64,000 bases of DNA, from positions 6,016,001 through 6,080,000 of the forward strand of contig CM052816.1 of the NCBI GenBank assembly GCA_028534125.1. Direction: 5' to 3'. Under the pieces are notes generated by a model. That model saw nothing but the letters and a program-made list of their open reading frames with translations. It searched no databases and was not told where the DNA came from. This document shows, piece by piece, positions 52,356-64,000 of the stretch (position 1 is the stretch's first letter; every line of letters starts with the position of its first letter). This stretch comes from Lama glama (Eukaryota). The position numbers and the translations under genes were made by a program.

Positions 52356-53519
52356 AGTAAGGTTTTGAATGTCTCATGCCAATACGGAGGTGGGCAGGGT
52401 GGGGGTAGTATTATGTTAGGAAAACACGACATTCATCTGAGTGGTGGAAAGACAGTTGAGTTTAGTTATTCAACTCCTTTAACCATTTATTCGTTCATTC
52501 AGTAAACATTGACCCAATACCCATGTTGTGCCAAGGCTAGTGTTAAGAGCAGTGGAGACATGAGCTAAAGTCCCTGTGCTCAGGAGCATCATTGCAGAGG
52601 CAGATGGGCACACACAGTATGACACACGCCCTCGCAGTCATGGTATAAAGTGCTGTGGGAAGAGAACATGATTCCGACAGCTGGCTGGGTACCGATAAAC
52701 CTAATTCTCGTGACTTCGTCTGGTCACTATTTGTGCTATACACGGAATGAGCTGGGACTCTTAATTAGAACCCATTCCCAAGTTCTTCAGGCAAGAAGCA
52801 GAAAACCAAAGATCAAGATAACACCACGAATTTAATTTAACTTTTAACACTTTATAGAAGGACTGGAGAGCAGTCCACCCTCTCTCACTTTCTCTGATTT
52901 CACACCTGCTTCTGGGAGATGATCATAGACATATTAGTCATTCAAAATGTACCACCTTGGGAGGATCCTGAAGATAAGATAGTCCTCATCTTAAACATAA
53001 GGACCTGGGGTCCACAAGGACATGCCCAGGCTCAGGTGAGAAAGACATACTCACTTCATGCAATGTTGCATTTGATGTTTTAGACAGAATTTTTAACCAG
53101 CAAAAGGGTTCAAAGGGTTTATATTTTATGAACAAAAATAGCTTGTTTTAGTCAAGTTCTGATTCTTCCAGCAAAGTAGTGCTTGAGTCCTGGTGATGTG
53201 TATAAATGACGCCATGACCCTGGGTGGTAGCAGGTCTGGGGAAACAGCCATCACCATGAAGGGGCATGTGGGTCAATGTGAGGGCATCAGGTTAGAGCTT
53301 AATACTGTCTCTTCAACCAGTGACACAGACTCAGGACCTGGGGCCCTACTAGCCTTTGCCCAGAACATGACATCCAGATATGCTTTCCTACCCAGAATGG
53401 CTGCCTGAGTTCCATTCCCTGTTCCATCAACCTTATTGTTGAGTAAATCAAATTAATTATAGTACTCAAAGCCCAGTATAAATTGCTGTATTCAACAAGG
53501 AGAAGGTACAATCATTAAT

Positions 53520-54770
53520 ATTCATTAATTTAACACATTTTTGGATTTCTCTTAGATGAAGGGCACTGTTGGAGGACTGAGGATACAGTAATGAATAAAA
53601 AATGTCCTTGACCTAATGGAACCTGTAGTATAGGGAAGGGAGACAAATGGATAAACATACACTTTGGTTTAAGCCAGTGAATGATAAATATTATTAATGA
53701 AAAATTCAGTAAAAATAGACCTTTAAGAAGGAAGAAAGGGAAGGTGTCACTTTAGATATGTGATATGCAACTGCTTCTTTAAGGAAATATCTTTGAACAG
53801 AATCTGAATGAAACAAAGTATTAGGTAAATATCTGAGAGGAAAGCTTTCCAGGCAGAGAAAACAGTCATTACAAAGGCTCTGATACAAGCTGGATTTCTT
53901 GTTCTGGAAAAGACTAAGGGCAGAGTGGTTAGGATAGAATGAACAGAGGGAAGAGAGGTAGAAAGTGAAGTTGGAAGCATGGTCAAAGGCCAGACCTGGT
54001 AGGGCTTTGAAGTCCATGGTAAGAACTAATATTTATGTATGTGTAAATTAACAAGTCATTAGAGCGCTTGATCTGGGGAATGGCATGATCTGATTTACAT
54101 TAAAAAATTTTTTTTATTGAAGTACAGTTACTTACAATGTGTCAGTTTCTGGTGCACAGCATAACATCCCAGTCATGCATATACATACATATATTTGCTT
54201 TCATATTCTTTTTCATTAAAGGGTACTGCAGTATATTGAATATAGTTACCTGTGCTATACAGAAGAAATTAGGTTTTTATATATAGTGGTTAAGATTTGC
54301 AAATCTCTAACTCCCAGATTTATCCTTTCCCACCCCTAGTAACCATACAATTGTTTACTACGTCTGAGAGTCTGTTCTTGCTTTCTATATGAGTTCATTA
54401 GTGTCCTCTTTTTTCTTTTTAGGTTCCACTTATGAGTGATATATATTTTTCTTTCTCTTTGTAACTTCACTGAGAATGATGATCTCCAGGTCCATCCATG
54501 TTGCTGCAAATGACATTATTTTATTCTTTTTTATGGCTAAGTAGTATTCTATTGTACAAATATACCACAACTTCTTTATCCAGTCGTCTGTCGATGGACA
54601 TGTAGGTTGCTTCCATGTCTTGGCTATTGTATATAGTGCTGCTGTGAACATTGGGATGCAGGTGTCTTTTTGAATTAGAGTTCCCTCTGGGTATATGCCC
54701 GGGTAATTTACTTTTAAAGGATCACTTTAGTTTCTGTGGTGCGAGTAGACTGTACCAGGATTAAAGTGAG
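53520..54770 (-). mobile_element. L2 fragment interrupted by the L1 at 54107-54702
   Basis: ttcattaatttaacac...gatacagtaatgaataaaa...ggcatgatctgatttac [L1] ttttaaaggatcactttag. Confidence 0.7.
54107..54702 (-). mobile_element. Young camelid-type L1, 5'-truncated
   Basis: ttttattgaagtacagttacttacaatg...; reverse-frame peptide FTAALYTIAKTWKQPTCPSTDDWIKKLWYI is the L1 ORF2 C-terminus. Confidence 0.93.
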
Positions 54771-56424
54771 AGGTGTGTAAACTACAGTCTTTCTGGAGTC
54801 AGCCTGAATAAGAGTGCTGAGATGCATAAGTGGGGTCTGCCACGGGTGGGTAGTGGGGGTGGGTGCAGGGAGGTAGGTAGCACCCGTGCCAGTGTCTCCA
54901 CCTTGGAAGAAAGTTCAGGTTTAGCAGTTAAACTACCACTGCCTAGATGTTTCACCAGGTGCAAGTCACTTACCGTGGGTGTCACCTTCTTCCTCTGTCA
55001 AGTGGATAAAAGCATCTCTTAGGGACTTCTAAGTATCACAAGAGACACCATGTTGTCTAACACATCAATGTACCATAGCTGTGAAATGTTGTTTATTGCA
55101 CGTCTAAATTTATGGAGAAGCAAACTGAGTCCCACAGAAGAGCAGGCTTTGTTCAGCCATCTGGCTTGTTACTGACAAGACCTGGAGCAGGCACCTAGCT
55201 TCTCATTCCCTGAGCAGCCTCAGGATAGAAAGGATGGAGAAGACTGAGGGCAAGGAAATTAGGGAAGGCTCAGAGAGGCATCCAAACTTGAATCAGGCCC
55301 CCCCCTTTTTTTTTCCGGTCCTCCTCTCTGAGGATACATCACAAAGCAACTGCTCATTCTCCATGCCTTTTCACTGGTACTACCTAAAGATAACACATCA
55401 ACATGGACCATTTGCTCAGGAGCATCTCCCTTGGGTCTTCCCATCCATCATTTTTCTATATGTTTTTTTCTGCTTACACCAGGCTACCACCTCTGTCCCA
55501 GATTCGAAGGAGAGGTTTGACAGCCCCTTCCATGCTGTGTGGTTGCCTCCTCCCAGGCTGTGTGTGTGTGTGTATATGAGGGGGTTGGTGGAGTTCCTCA
55601 TTACGGAGTCTCTCACTGGTAATGCTTTCTTCTGTCACTGGCTGCCCATATACACTTCCTCGAATCATAGCGTACTTGTCCAGTTGCTCAGTGTACAAAG
55701 GAGGAAGCTGAGGCATAAGGGCCAGGGACCCAGCCAAGGTCACACAGCAAATTGAAGGCAGAGCTAGGACTAGACCTCATGTCTCTTGATTCCTAACCCG
55801 GTGCTCATCCCTTACCCTTTTCTGTTGCAAGATGGATGACTGAGCCCTCTTTTCATCTTCTGCAAAGATGGAACAATATATATACAGGGAAAGCTCTGAG
55901 GAGTGATGAAGTGAGGGTAGTACACGGATAAAGCAGGAGAGAAATCATCTTCAGAAAGCCCGAGGGATGAAATTATTGGCTATCTCAAGTGAGGTTAAGC
56001 CCTGCAGTTTCTCTCAGCCTCCTCTTCCAGTTACCCTCCGTCATTTTGCACTGGTGACACATAGCCCCATGGCGCATCATCTCTCCCCATGAGGGATGGT
56101 ACGGAGAAGGTCATTTATCCTTCTCTCCACTTTGCACCAGGACCAGGTGCAGACAGATCACTAAAAAGGCTTGGAAGGCGAGTCAGTAACACCCCAGTCA
56201 AAGTAGGAATAATATAATGTCTGAAAGGGCAGGACTTTTATCTCAGAGGCTTCCCCTTCCAGCCCTTCCCAGCTGACAAGTCATTTACACGTTTCAAGCT
56301 TCCAGGGGCTCCTGCTACGTCAAGCAGGAATTTCCAGCCTGCCTGAAGCTAGGGGCTGAGTCAGAAACTGTACGTGCCCCCAGGGCAAGGGCTAGGGATG
56401 AAGTGAACATCTTGAAACAGAGGC

Positions 56425-56635
56425 AGTAGAGCAGAAGGAAGAGTGTGGACCCTGGAGCCAGAACTTGTGGCTCAGAATCCAGCTCTGCCCTCCAGTCCAG
56501 TGTTCCTAGGCAAGCCACACAAGCTTCTGTGCCTCAGTTTCCTCGGCTGAAAATGGAGATCACGTAGTATCTACGTCGTAGGGTTTTTGTGAGCTTTGGT
56601 TCGGTGAGAATGATAAACTCTTAGCCACAGTGACC
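56425..56635 (+). mobile_element. MIR SINE
   Basis: gagtgtggaccctggagccaga...cttctgtgcctcagtttcctcggctgaaaatggagat. Confidence 0.82.
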
Positions 56636-59600
56636 ACCACAATTGATGCTTTTGTTATTTTTTTCTTAATACTCAAGAACTCTTGGGGAACGTTCTTCCA
56701 CCTGTGATGGAAATCAGGGAGAAATCTGCTCACTCTTTAGTGCTAATTCAGTGCTGCTTTTTTGAGGTCTGCTGCCTTCACTCTCACTACTGCAAATGAG
56801 AAACAGAAGTTTCCACCCCTGAGTGTCCTTAACACTTGACAACCACAGCCCCGCCACGGACTGTGTGAAATCATGTCACAGATGGTCGTCTCTTTTGGTG
56901 CTTCTTGAGGGCAGGGTGCAGCCTTTCAATCCTAGTCCTGGTTCCCATGAGCCCGAAAGAACTAAGTCTGTGGACTCGGGAGTCAGACCAGCCAGACGGT
57001 ACTCTTTCCCACCTTGATGATTCTTGTGTAAATTATTGTCAAAGTGTAATTTTCTAAAAACAAGAAACCATGATCTTTGTACAAATACATAATGAGCACA
57101 CATTAGAGATTTAATATCTTGTTAAAGAAGGGATCAGCAGGATGATAAAGCTCAGTCAAAGAGGGATCTGAGAACTGGCATCTAGTCACTGAAAAGCAAA
57201 AACACTGAAATAAGATGGCTAAGTTAGATACAAAGGTGGTTCAAACCGTCCAGGGCAAAAAAAAAAAAATTAAGTTTTGGGGTTATCTTTTCTACTGGAC
57301 AGAAATCATTTGCTCTCTGCTAGCCAAAAGTCGTCAGTAACTTGTTCATCTTCTACAAATTAGCATCTAACATGAAAGAGTCTGGGGCCTAATTAGCGAT
57401 GAATCAAAGTGTATTCCCCTTAGGAATCAGAGAAAGCACGGTAAGGTAGGCCCGTTAGACAATGCTCCAGTATAGAAAAGACATGGGGTCACCTTTTCCC
57501 CTCATTTCCAAGTTTTGAGTAATTTTTAATCCTTATTGATCTCTCTAGGTTTCAGCTATTTTATTTGTAAAAAGGAGATAACAGTACTTTAGGTCCCAGA
57601 GCTAATTTTGTGGTGAAATGAGACAAGGTATATGAGGCACCCAGCACACTGTCTGCTGTATTAGGTGTATTCAGTGTGGGCACAGGGCTGGTCACATGAT
57701 AAGGTCCAGGCTTTGGCAGGAAAATGACAATTTGAGCGTCTACGGTGTGTCAGATATGATGCTGTGTGCTTTGCAGGTGCTCACGTTCAGTCTGTTTACC
57801 ATCAGGACAAGCCTGTCAGGTGGGCATTACTTAGTTCCAGTCTGTGTGCAAGGAAACTTGGATTACCAGGAGTTCAGTCACTCGCCTGAAGGTCTCAGAA
57901 CTAAAGAGTACAGAGTAGGGCTGTGATTCCAAAGCTTCTTTCCATCAGTGTTGCTGCCTCTTTAAAAGAAAAAAAAAAGAAAAAGAAAAACCACAACACA
58001 AAGATTTTCAACAGCCTTTGTGTTGAACTCAAATTTGATTTGGATGCATTTATTCATTTTCCTGTTATTCATCCAGATTTTGTTCTTCCCCTCTCCCCAC
58101 CCTCTCCCACCCCTAAGCCAAAACGGTTTTTTTTTTCCCACCCCACCATTCACTTAGCACTTCAAAGTGGGAAGGATATGCCTGGGAGTGAAACGTGCTG
58201 GCGAAATGACACTCCATTTTCCAGAAGCCCTAACAAAGCCTTTTGATTTGAATGTCAGTGCTGTGAGTATGATTAAATGGAAGATTCGCTTTTACATTCC
58301 CCAGCTGCAAAATAAGTTGTACAGTTCAATTAGTTTGCCATGTGGCTAAGGATACATTCCCTAAAAGTTGCTATGGTGACACGACTAATAAGAGTGGTGT
58401 GGAGACTGGGGTTGGAGCCCAGTGAATTTCCAAGGACTGAAGCCGGAAAGGTTACAGGTTGGAAGGATGATGCAATTGATTTTTCTTTAGAGTCCCCTGG
58501 AAATACTGTGTTTCCATTACAGCCGTGATGCCCAGGCTCTCCATACTGACATGTAAAAATCCATCTTTCCTTCTTGGAGGAAGATACAGCCACAGGCAGG
58601 GCTTTTGGTCAGTGTCTCTTATGCTCTCCCTCTCTGCTCTGTCTTAAATCATTTGCTGTCCTGTGACATGAATTGGGACCTGGACAGAATAATCTAGGGA
58701 AAATGTCAAAGCCTTATAATTGATCTATAATGGCCTTAGGACCCAGCCCTCTCTTTTCGGATGTCTCTTGCTGCTAACGAGGAGATCTCCTTTGGTCCTT
58801 GCCCTGTTGATAGCACGCTCCCCCTGCCCCGTTAGGGATTTGCGCAGACACCTGAGTGAAGCCAGGGAGCAAGACTTGTGAACATCTACGGGAAACATGT
58901 TTCCTGTTTATTTCCTTCAGGGTAGTTTTCAGAAAATGTCATCATTCATTTTATTTTCTATTTCCTGTCTCCTTTCACTGAGCTCTAGATCCAGGGTGAC
59001 AGGGACCATATTTATTAGTTTACTGCTGTACTTGCTGTATGGTACCCAGCCTAGAGTTTGGTGGTGGTAGATGTTCACTCAGTACTTGGTCATGGAATGA
59101 ATGACTGTGTCTGAATGTGAATCCTGACTCCTGCTGGATATTTGGGAAGGTCACTTTATTTTTGCTAGACATTCATTCCCTCCTTTGCAAACTAGAGTTG
59201 CCTAGCTTCCTCTGCGTACCTCTGAGGTGGTGGCAGGAAAGAGTTAGTAATGGATGTGGTGGAGCTTTTTAAATGGTAAAGATTAAAGGGCTTTGTAGAA
59301 ATTAAAAGGGCTTTTTGGTTGGGATGGATGGTGACTTTTGGATGTGGGAGTATGTAGAGTGATCACAGAGCCACATAAGATCTTCTCTTGCAGAACTGCC
59401 GTGAAGGCTTGTGCAGCGTGAGGTTATAAATATACTCATTACCGTGGCCCCAGAGAGCCACACTGGCATGATGTTCCCTTAATCTCTTTTGCAGGAGCAT
59501 CCCAAGAATTCATTAAGGTTGGTAGAGTGATTTGATAACCTCGGACAATAGGTGTGACAGGAGTGTAAACTTCTATTATTAAAACATGAATTGGGTTGTT

Positions 59601-61964
59601 TTCTGGATGACTTAAGCAAGCCAGGGGGTGAAGACAATTTCAGAAGGTGCTCTGCGATGCCTGGTGTAGAATGAATGTTGAATTTGGCTGTTTCCCATCC
59701 GCCTTTTTCTGCAGGAAGGTACGGCACAGGCTGTGCAGGGAGGCAGGTGGAAAGCGGTACTGACAGTGAGGAAAGCAGGGTTCCGATCTGACAGGCTGCT
59801 AGCTGGGGAGCATTGGACGGAGCACACACCCTGTTGAGGTCTCTGTTCCCTCCTGGGACAATAGAAACACTTTCAAGTCTATCCCACAGAACCAGATTTA
59901 CAAGCTATCAGTTAGAATGACATGGGAACAATGAAGGAGATTCTTTGGTCCAATAAGACAGGCAGACTTTGGGTTTAAAATTAAACAAGTTTGCCTTAGG
60001 ACCACACTTGTGAAAGCTTTTAATAAGTTCCTGTCTATCTTGTGGGGGAAGAGGTGATGAAAGGCAGATGTATTATGTTTTTTAAAATTATTTTATTACG
60101 GATTGATTTTTTTTTTTTTGCTGTCAACATCTCGACAAGTAGTATTCTTTGACTACTTTGGGAAATTTCAGACCTAAAAATGGTGTCTTAGGTGGCCGTC
60201 TATGTACAAGAGTTGATCAGGGCAACCTCCCAAGACATTGCCATGATTTCAACGAGACAGCATTGTTGTACTTAATAGATCAAGTGTTAAAACACACGCA
60301 AGCAAGCAAAGAAACAAGCAACTGCACAGCCTGAACTGTGCCCTGTAGACATCTTCTTTTGAATGTCTTAAAGGCAGTTAAAATCAGCCTGTCCAGAGAC
60401 TCATTAGCCACAGACCTCTTCCTGTATTCACTTTCTCAGGAAGTGGCTCCATCCCGGCTAATCTGGGACAGCTGCTTCTCCCTCGTCCTCAGCTCTAAAT
60501 CCTCTTAGTCCTATGTGCTTCTCTGAAACCAATCACCTGTCTCCATCTCACTCAAGGTAAATGCCTGCAGACAACCTTTGGTTTTATGTTTTAGCGCATA
60601 CATGATCTCATTTAACCCTTGGGGTGGGTATTTATCCCCCGTGACTAGGTAAGCATATCGAGTCATGCCGAGTTTAGGGAACTTGCCCAAAGTCACACAG
60701 CCAGCCTACTCAGAGTTATGCCGAGAGACAGACACATCCCTCCAGTACCCTTTTGAGAACATCATTACTACTTCTCTGAGAGCAACTCAAGTCCAAGGTT
60801 CCCTATTGTTCACATGTGATTAAAAAAAATTCTACCTTTGCCTACGTTAGAGAGTATAGATATAAGTGTAAAATTCAGGATGGAGATGGAAAGCACTTTA
60901 GAACTGTAAAAATTGCTGTCCAGATGCAAGGTCTTATTACTCTACTGGGCTGCAAGATTCAAACAGACCAGGAGAGTACATCTCAATTGGAATAATCTCG
61001 GTGATAACAGCTTCAGACAATCTTTGGAAAGAAGCTCCTGAGAGCTCTGTCCATTTCCTTGAATAAGAACTCAGAAAATTTGTAAAAGGCAGGCAGCATT
61101 AAGCCATTTGAACTGCCTTTCTAGTTTCTCACATGTGTCAATCCAGAAGCCAAGCCCGATTTTAGAGCCTTTAAGCTGTTAAATAGCGTTTAGCGCATTT
61201 TTCTCATTTTATAGATGTGGAAACTGAGGCCTATAGCAACCTCAGTCAAAGTCAAAACCATCAGGCAAGGCACAATTCTATTTCTCTTTTTCTCACCTAC
61301 AATTCCTGATCTAGGCTGCTTTCCAGAGGTTTTATTCTGCTCTATATGATGTCTAAATTCCTAAAACTGAGACTAACATTCTTCTTTAATAGATAAGAAG
61401 CCCCTGACAGCCTAAGAGGAGAGGGACCTGTGAACGGTTGCCTTGAGGGGAAGGAAAGCTTGGAATGGGGCTGCCAGACACAGCTTGGCTTTCTGCATAT
61501 CCTCTGGGCAGTGTGTAATGTGTGCTCCCAAGGGCCTGACAGCCCAAAGCCTGGGTTGTAAGTCAAGGTCTCAGGGAAATAACATGAGTGAGACACTTTG
61601 CTAGCAGCATCTCCTCCACCTGGGATGCCCCACCTCCACCCTCAAATGCTCAAGCTACAAGCCATCCTTCCAGGTATGGACCAAATAGCATGTGAAGGTT
61701 CTATTTTTCCTCCCCAGCGTTTATAAATTTGTCTTTTTACCTTATAAAAGCAGTACCGCCCTCCATGGAGGTAAGCGATAGGTACGTTTTTTGGAATGAA
61801 CCCTGAAAGCCTGCTCACCAGCACCCCAATCCCCTCTTACCACTCTCCCAACTCACCTTCCCTTCAATGTGCATATTTCTAGGTTTTCTCTGTTGCCTCT
61901 TCTTTAGCAGGGAAGGGAGATGCGACCAAAAGGCCTGGAAGGGTCAGACAGTGATAAAAAATAT

Positions 61965-62280
61965 AGTCAGTCTTCTGTATCCACAGATTCTTGTATCCAC
62001 AGAACGCATCGCAAATGTAGATAAAAATATTTGGGGGAAAAAATTCCAGAAAGTTCCAAAAGCAAAACTTGAATTTGCCGCTCATAGGTGACTATTTACA
62101 TAGCATTTGCATTGTATTTACAACTATTTACATGCCATTTACATTGTATCAAGTATTATAAGTAATCTGAAGGTGATTTAAAGTTATGGGAGAATATGCT
62201 GTAGGTTATATGTGAACACTACACCATTTTGTACAAGGGGATTGAACATCCCATGGACTTTGGTACTGGGGTGGGGGGAG
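61965..62280 (+). mobile_element. MER2/Tigger2-type DNA transposon
   Basis: ctgtatccacagattc...aaattccagaaagttccaaaagcaaaacttgaatttgccgc...agtattataagtaatctgaaggtgatttaaagt...acaccattttgtacaagggg. Confidence 0.8.
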
Positions 62281-64000
62281 TGACACGCTGTGAATACTGT
62301 CCACCAAGTACACCAGATTTGAGAGTGCATATCCCCTCTTTGAGGGGCAGCCATGACCCTGTACCACCTGTTGCTGCCGTGTGAGGCTGTAGACCTCCAA
62401 CATTGTCAGACGTTTCAATTTAAGACCAGCCCAAAATCCAGGTTTTTTGGGTAAAAACTGTCTTTGAGATGTTGGCCATGAATTCTAAAATTTTTGAAAT
62501 GCTGCATAGGCCAGACAAGGCACCAGTAAGCCAGATGCGGCCCATAGATTTCCAGCCTCTGATTTATTCATAGATGGATATAAATGGGGTGTACTTCATG
62601 CGTTGTTCTGTGATGTACTTGTCTTCCCCAATTCCACACTGTCGATAGTTGCCTTTCTGGGTCACTATCTAGGTCAACCCCCATAGATCATGGCATAAAT
62701 ATGGATGGGTGTAAGTATTCTCTGACATGGATGTATTATAGTTTACCTTGCAGTCATCCTATTGATAAACATATAGGTGTTGATGCTTTTTCAGTATCAT
62801 AAAGGGTTTCAACACATCTCTTATTTGTGAATTATGCATGTGTGAGGACCCTTCAGGGCAATCACTGGTCACTTTCCGTCCTGACACTTGCCATCCTGTC
62901 TCATTTCTCCCAGTGGATATAGGGGTCAGGAGCTACCTCTTAATCCTTTGTGTGGTCCCCTCAGTCTTTAACTAAATATGTGACTCCTGAAAGTATGACT
63001 TAGTGAATGAACCAAAAAAATAGGTCATAAAAATAAAACTCATCCAGCTTGATTTTTCCCTTTGATTTTCTGAGTGACTTTTAGGCCAGCTACTTTCTTG
63101 TCCAAGCCTCCATCTCTCCATCTGCAAAATGGGCTTAATTTATTCAACAAATTTTAAATATTTACTAAGTACCTTGTATTAACTGGATATTGTGTTAAGG
63201 GTGAGGAGTACAGCAGTGACATGGAAGTTATCCTCTCCTGGGTCTGCTCCAAGTTCCCTTGCAGTTCTAACGTTTGACGCTACGATATCCTGCCATGCCT
63301 CTCAGCCCCAAGCCCTAAGCAGATTTGAAAGTGGAAGTAGTGTCATCTGTCCCAGGAACAAGAGCTGAGGGCCTTCCACTGAACATGTATACTGTGGATA
63401 TTATTAAATGCTGTGTACCTACAACTGCTAAGGGCAGAAACCTTCCTAAGCAGGTTTTGCTGTTGGAACATGTTATTCTCCGGGTAATTTGCTCTGCTCT
63501 ATGAAAACTCATTGTGGACTTTCTTTTCAAAGAGCATGGCTTCTATCAGTTAAAGTAGTCATAATTGAAAGGCATCTTCCCTTCTTTTTTTTCTGGCTGC
63601 TGGGGAAGGTAGGGGGTCCTAGCTTTGCCAAATCTTATTCCCCAAGGTCAGAAGGAAGTAAAAATAGGAAAAGTGAAAACAAGTAGGACTTCATACAATG
63701 GGGAATAAAGCAATAAACTCATTAACTGTCAAGTAAGGGCACAGGGGAGTCAGCATCCTGTCATAGAAATAAAATCACACTGAAAAGGAAGGCAGTACAG
63801 TGTGGCAGTTTAAATCTCTGAGTTTTGAACCAGCTGTCCTATTTTTTTTTTGTAAGTTGGTGATAATGCCACCTAACTCACTGGACTATTGAAATTCTCA
63901 AAATAAATGTATTATTATCACAGAAGACGCAAAAGGCCTATTGTCTAGTTTTGTTTGTAACTGGACTACAAACATTTACAAATGTTTGTAAATGTAGCAA

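Noticed and set aside
54430..54651. ORF with clear protein-like sequence (FTAALYTIAKTWKQP...)
   Set aside because: C-terminal remnant of L1 ORF2 in a truncated element, not a host gene; the same applies to 35981-36178.

Overview
This is mammalian genomic DNA, probably camelid. That assignment is inferred from the young L1 3'-end type and from seeing no Alu, B1, Bov-A, ERE or CAN SINEs. The only protein-coding gene I can support is the 5' end of GRIA1 (AMPA receptor subunit GluA1) on the minus strand. Coding exon 1 is 5577-5658 (signal peptide [27 protein letters not shown]) and exon 2 is 2423-2560. Intron 2 runs off the left edge. The remaining ~58 kb is upstream intergenic DNA rich in L1, L2, MIR, MaLR, ERV solo LTRs and DNA-transposon fossils. 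It also holds a 3'-truncated U4 snRNA retropseudogene and a 500-N assembly gap flanked by a probable false (haplotypic) duplication. Almost all ORFs in the supplied track appear spurious. I see no evidence of a new multi-gene system. The best leads are: an orphan CpG island ~44 kb upstream with an ATG-containing first-exon-like unit in phase with GRIA1 exon 2; overlapping uORFs around the GRIA1 start; two structurally unusual L1 insertions; and an unexplained 59-bp dispersed repeat. Repeat family names and boundaries come from recognition by eye and are approximate.
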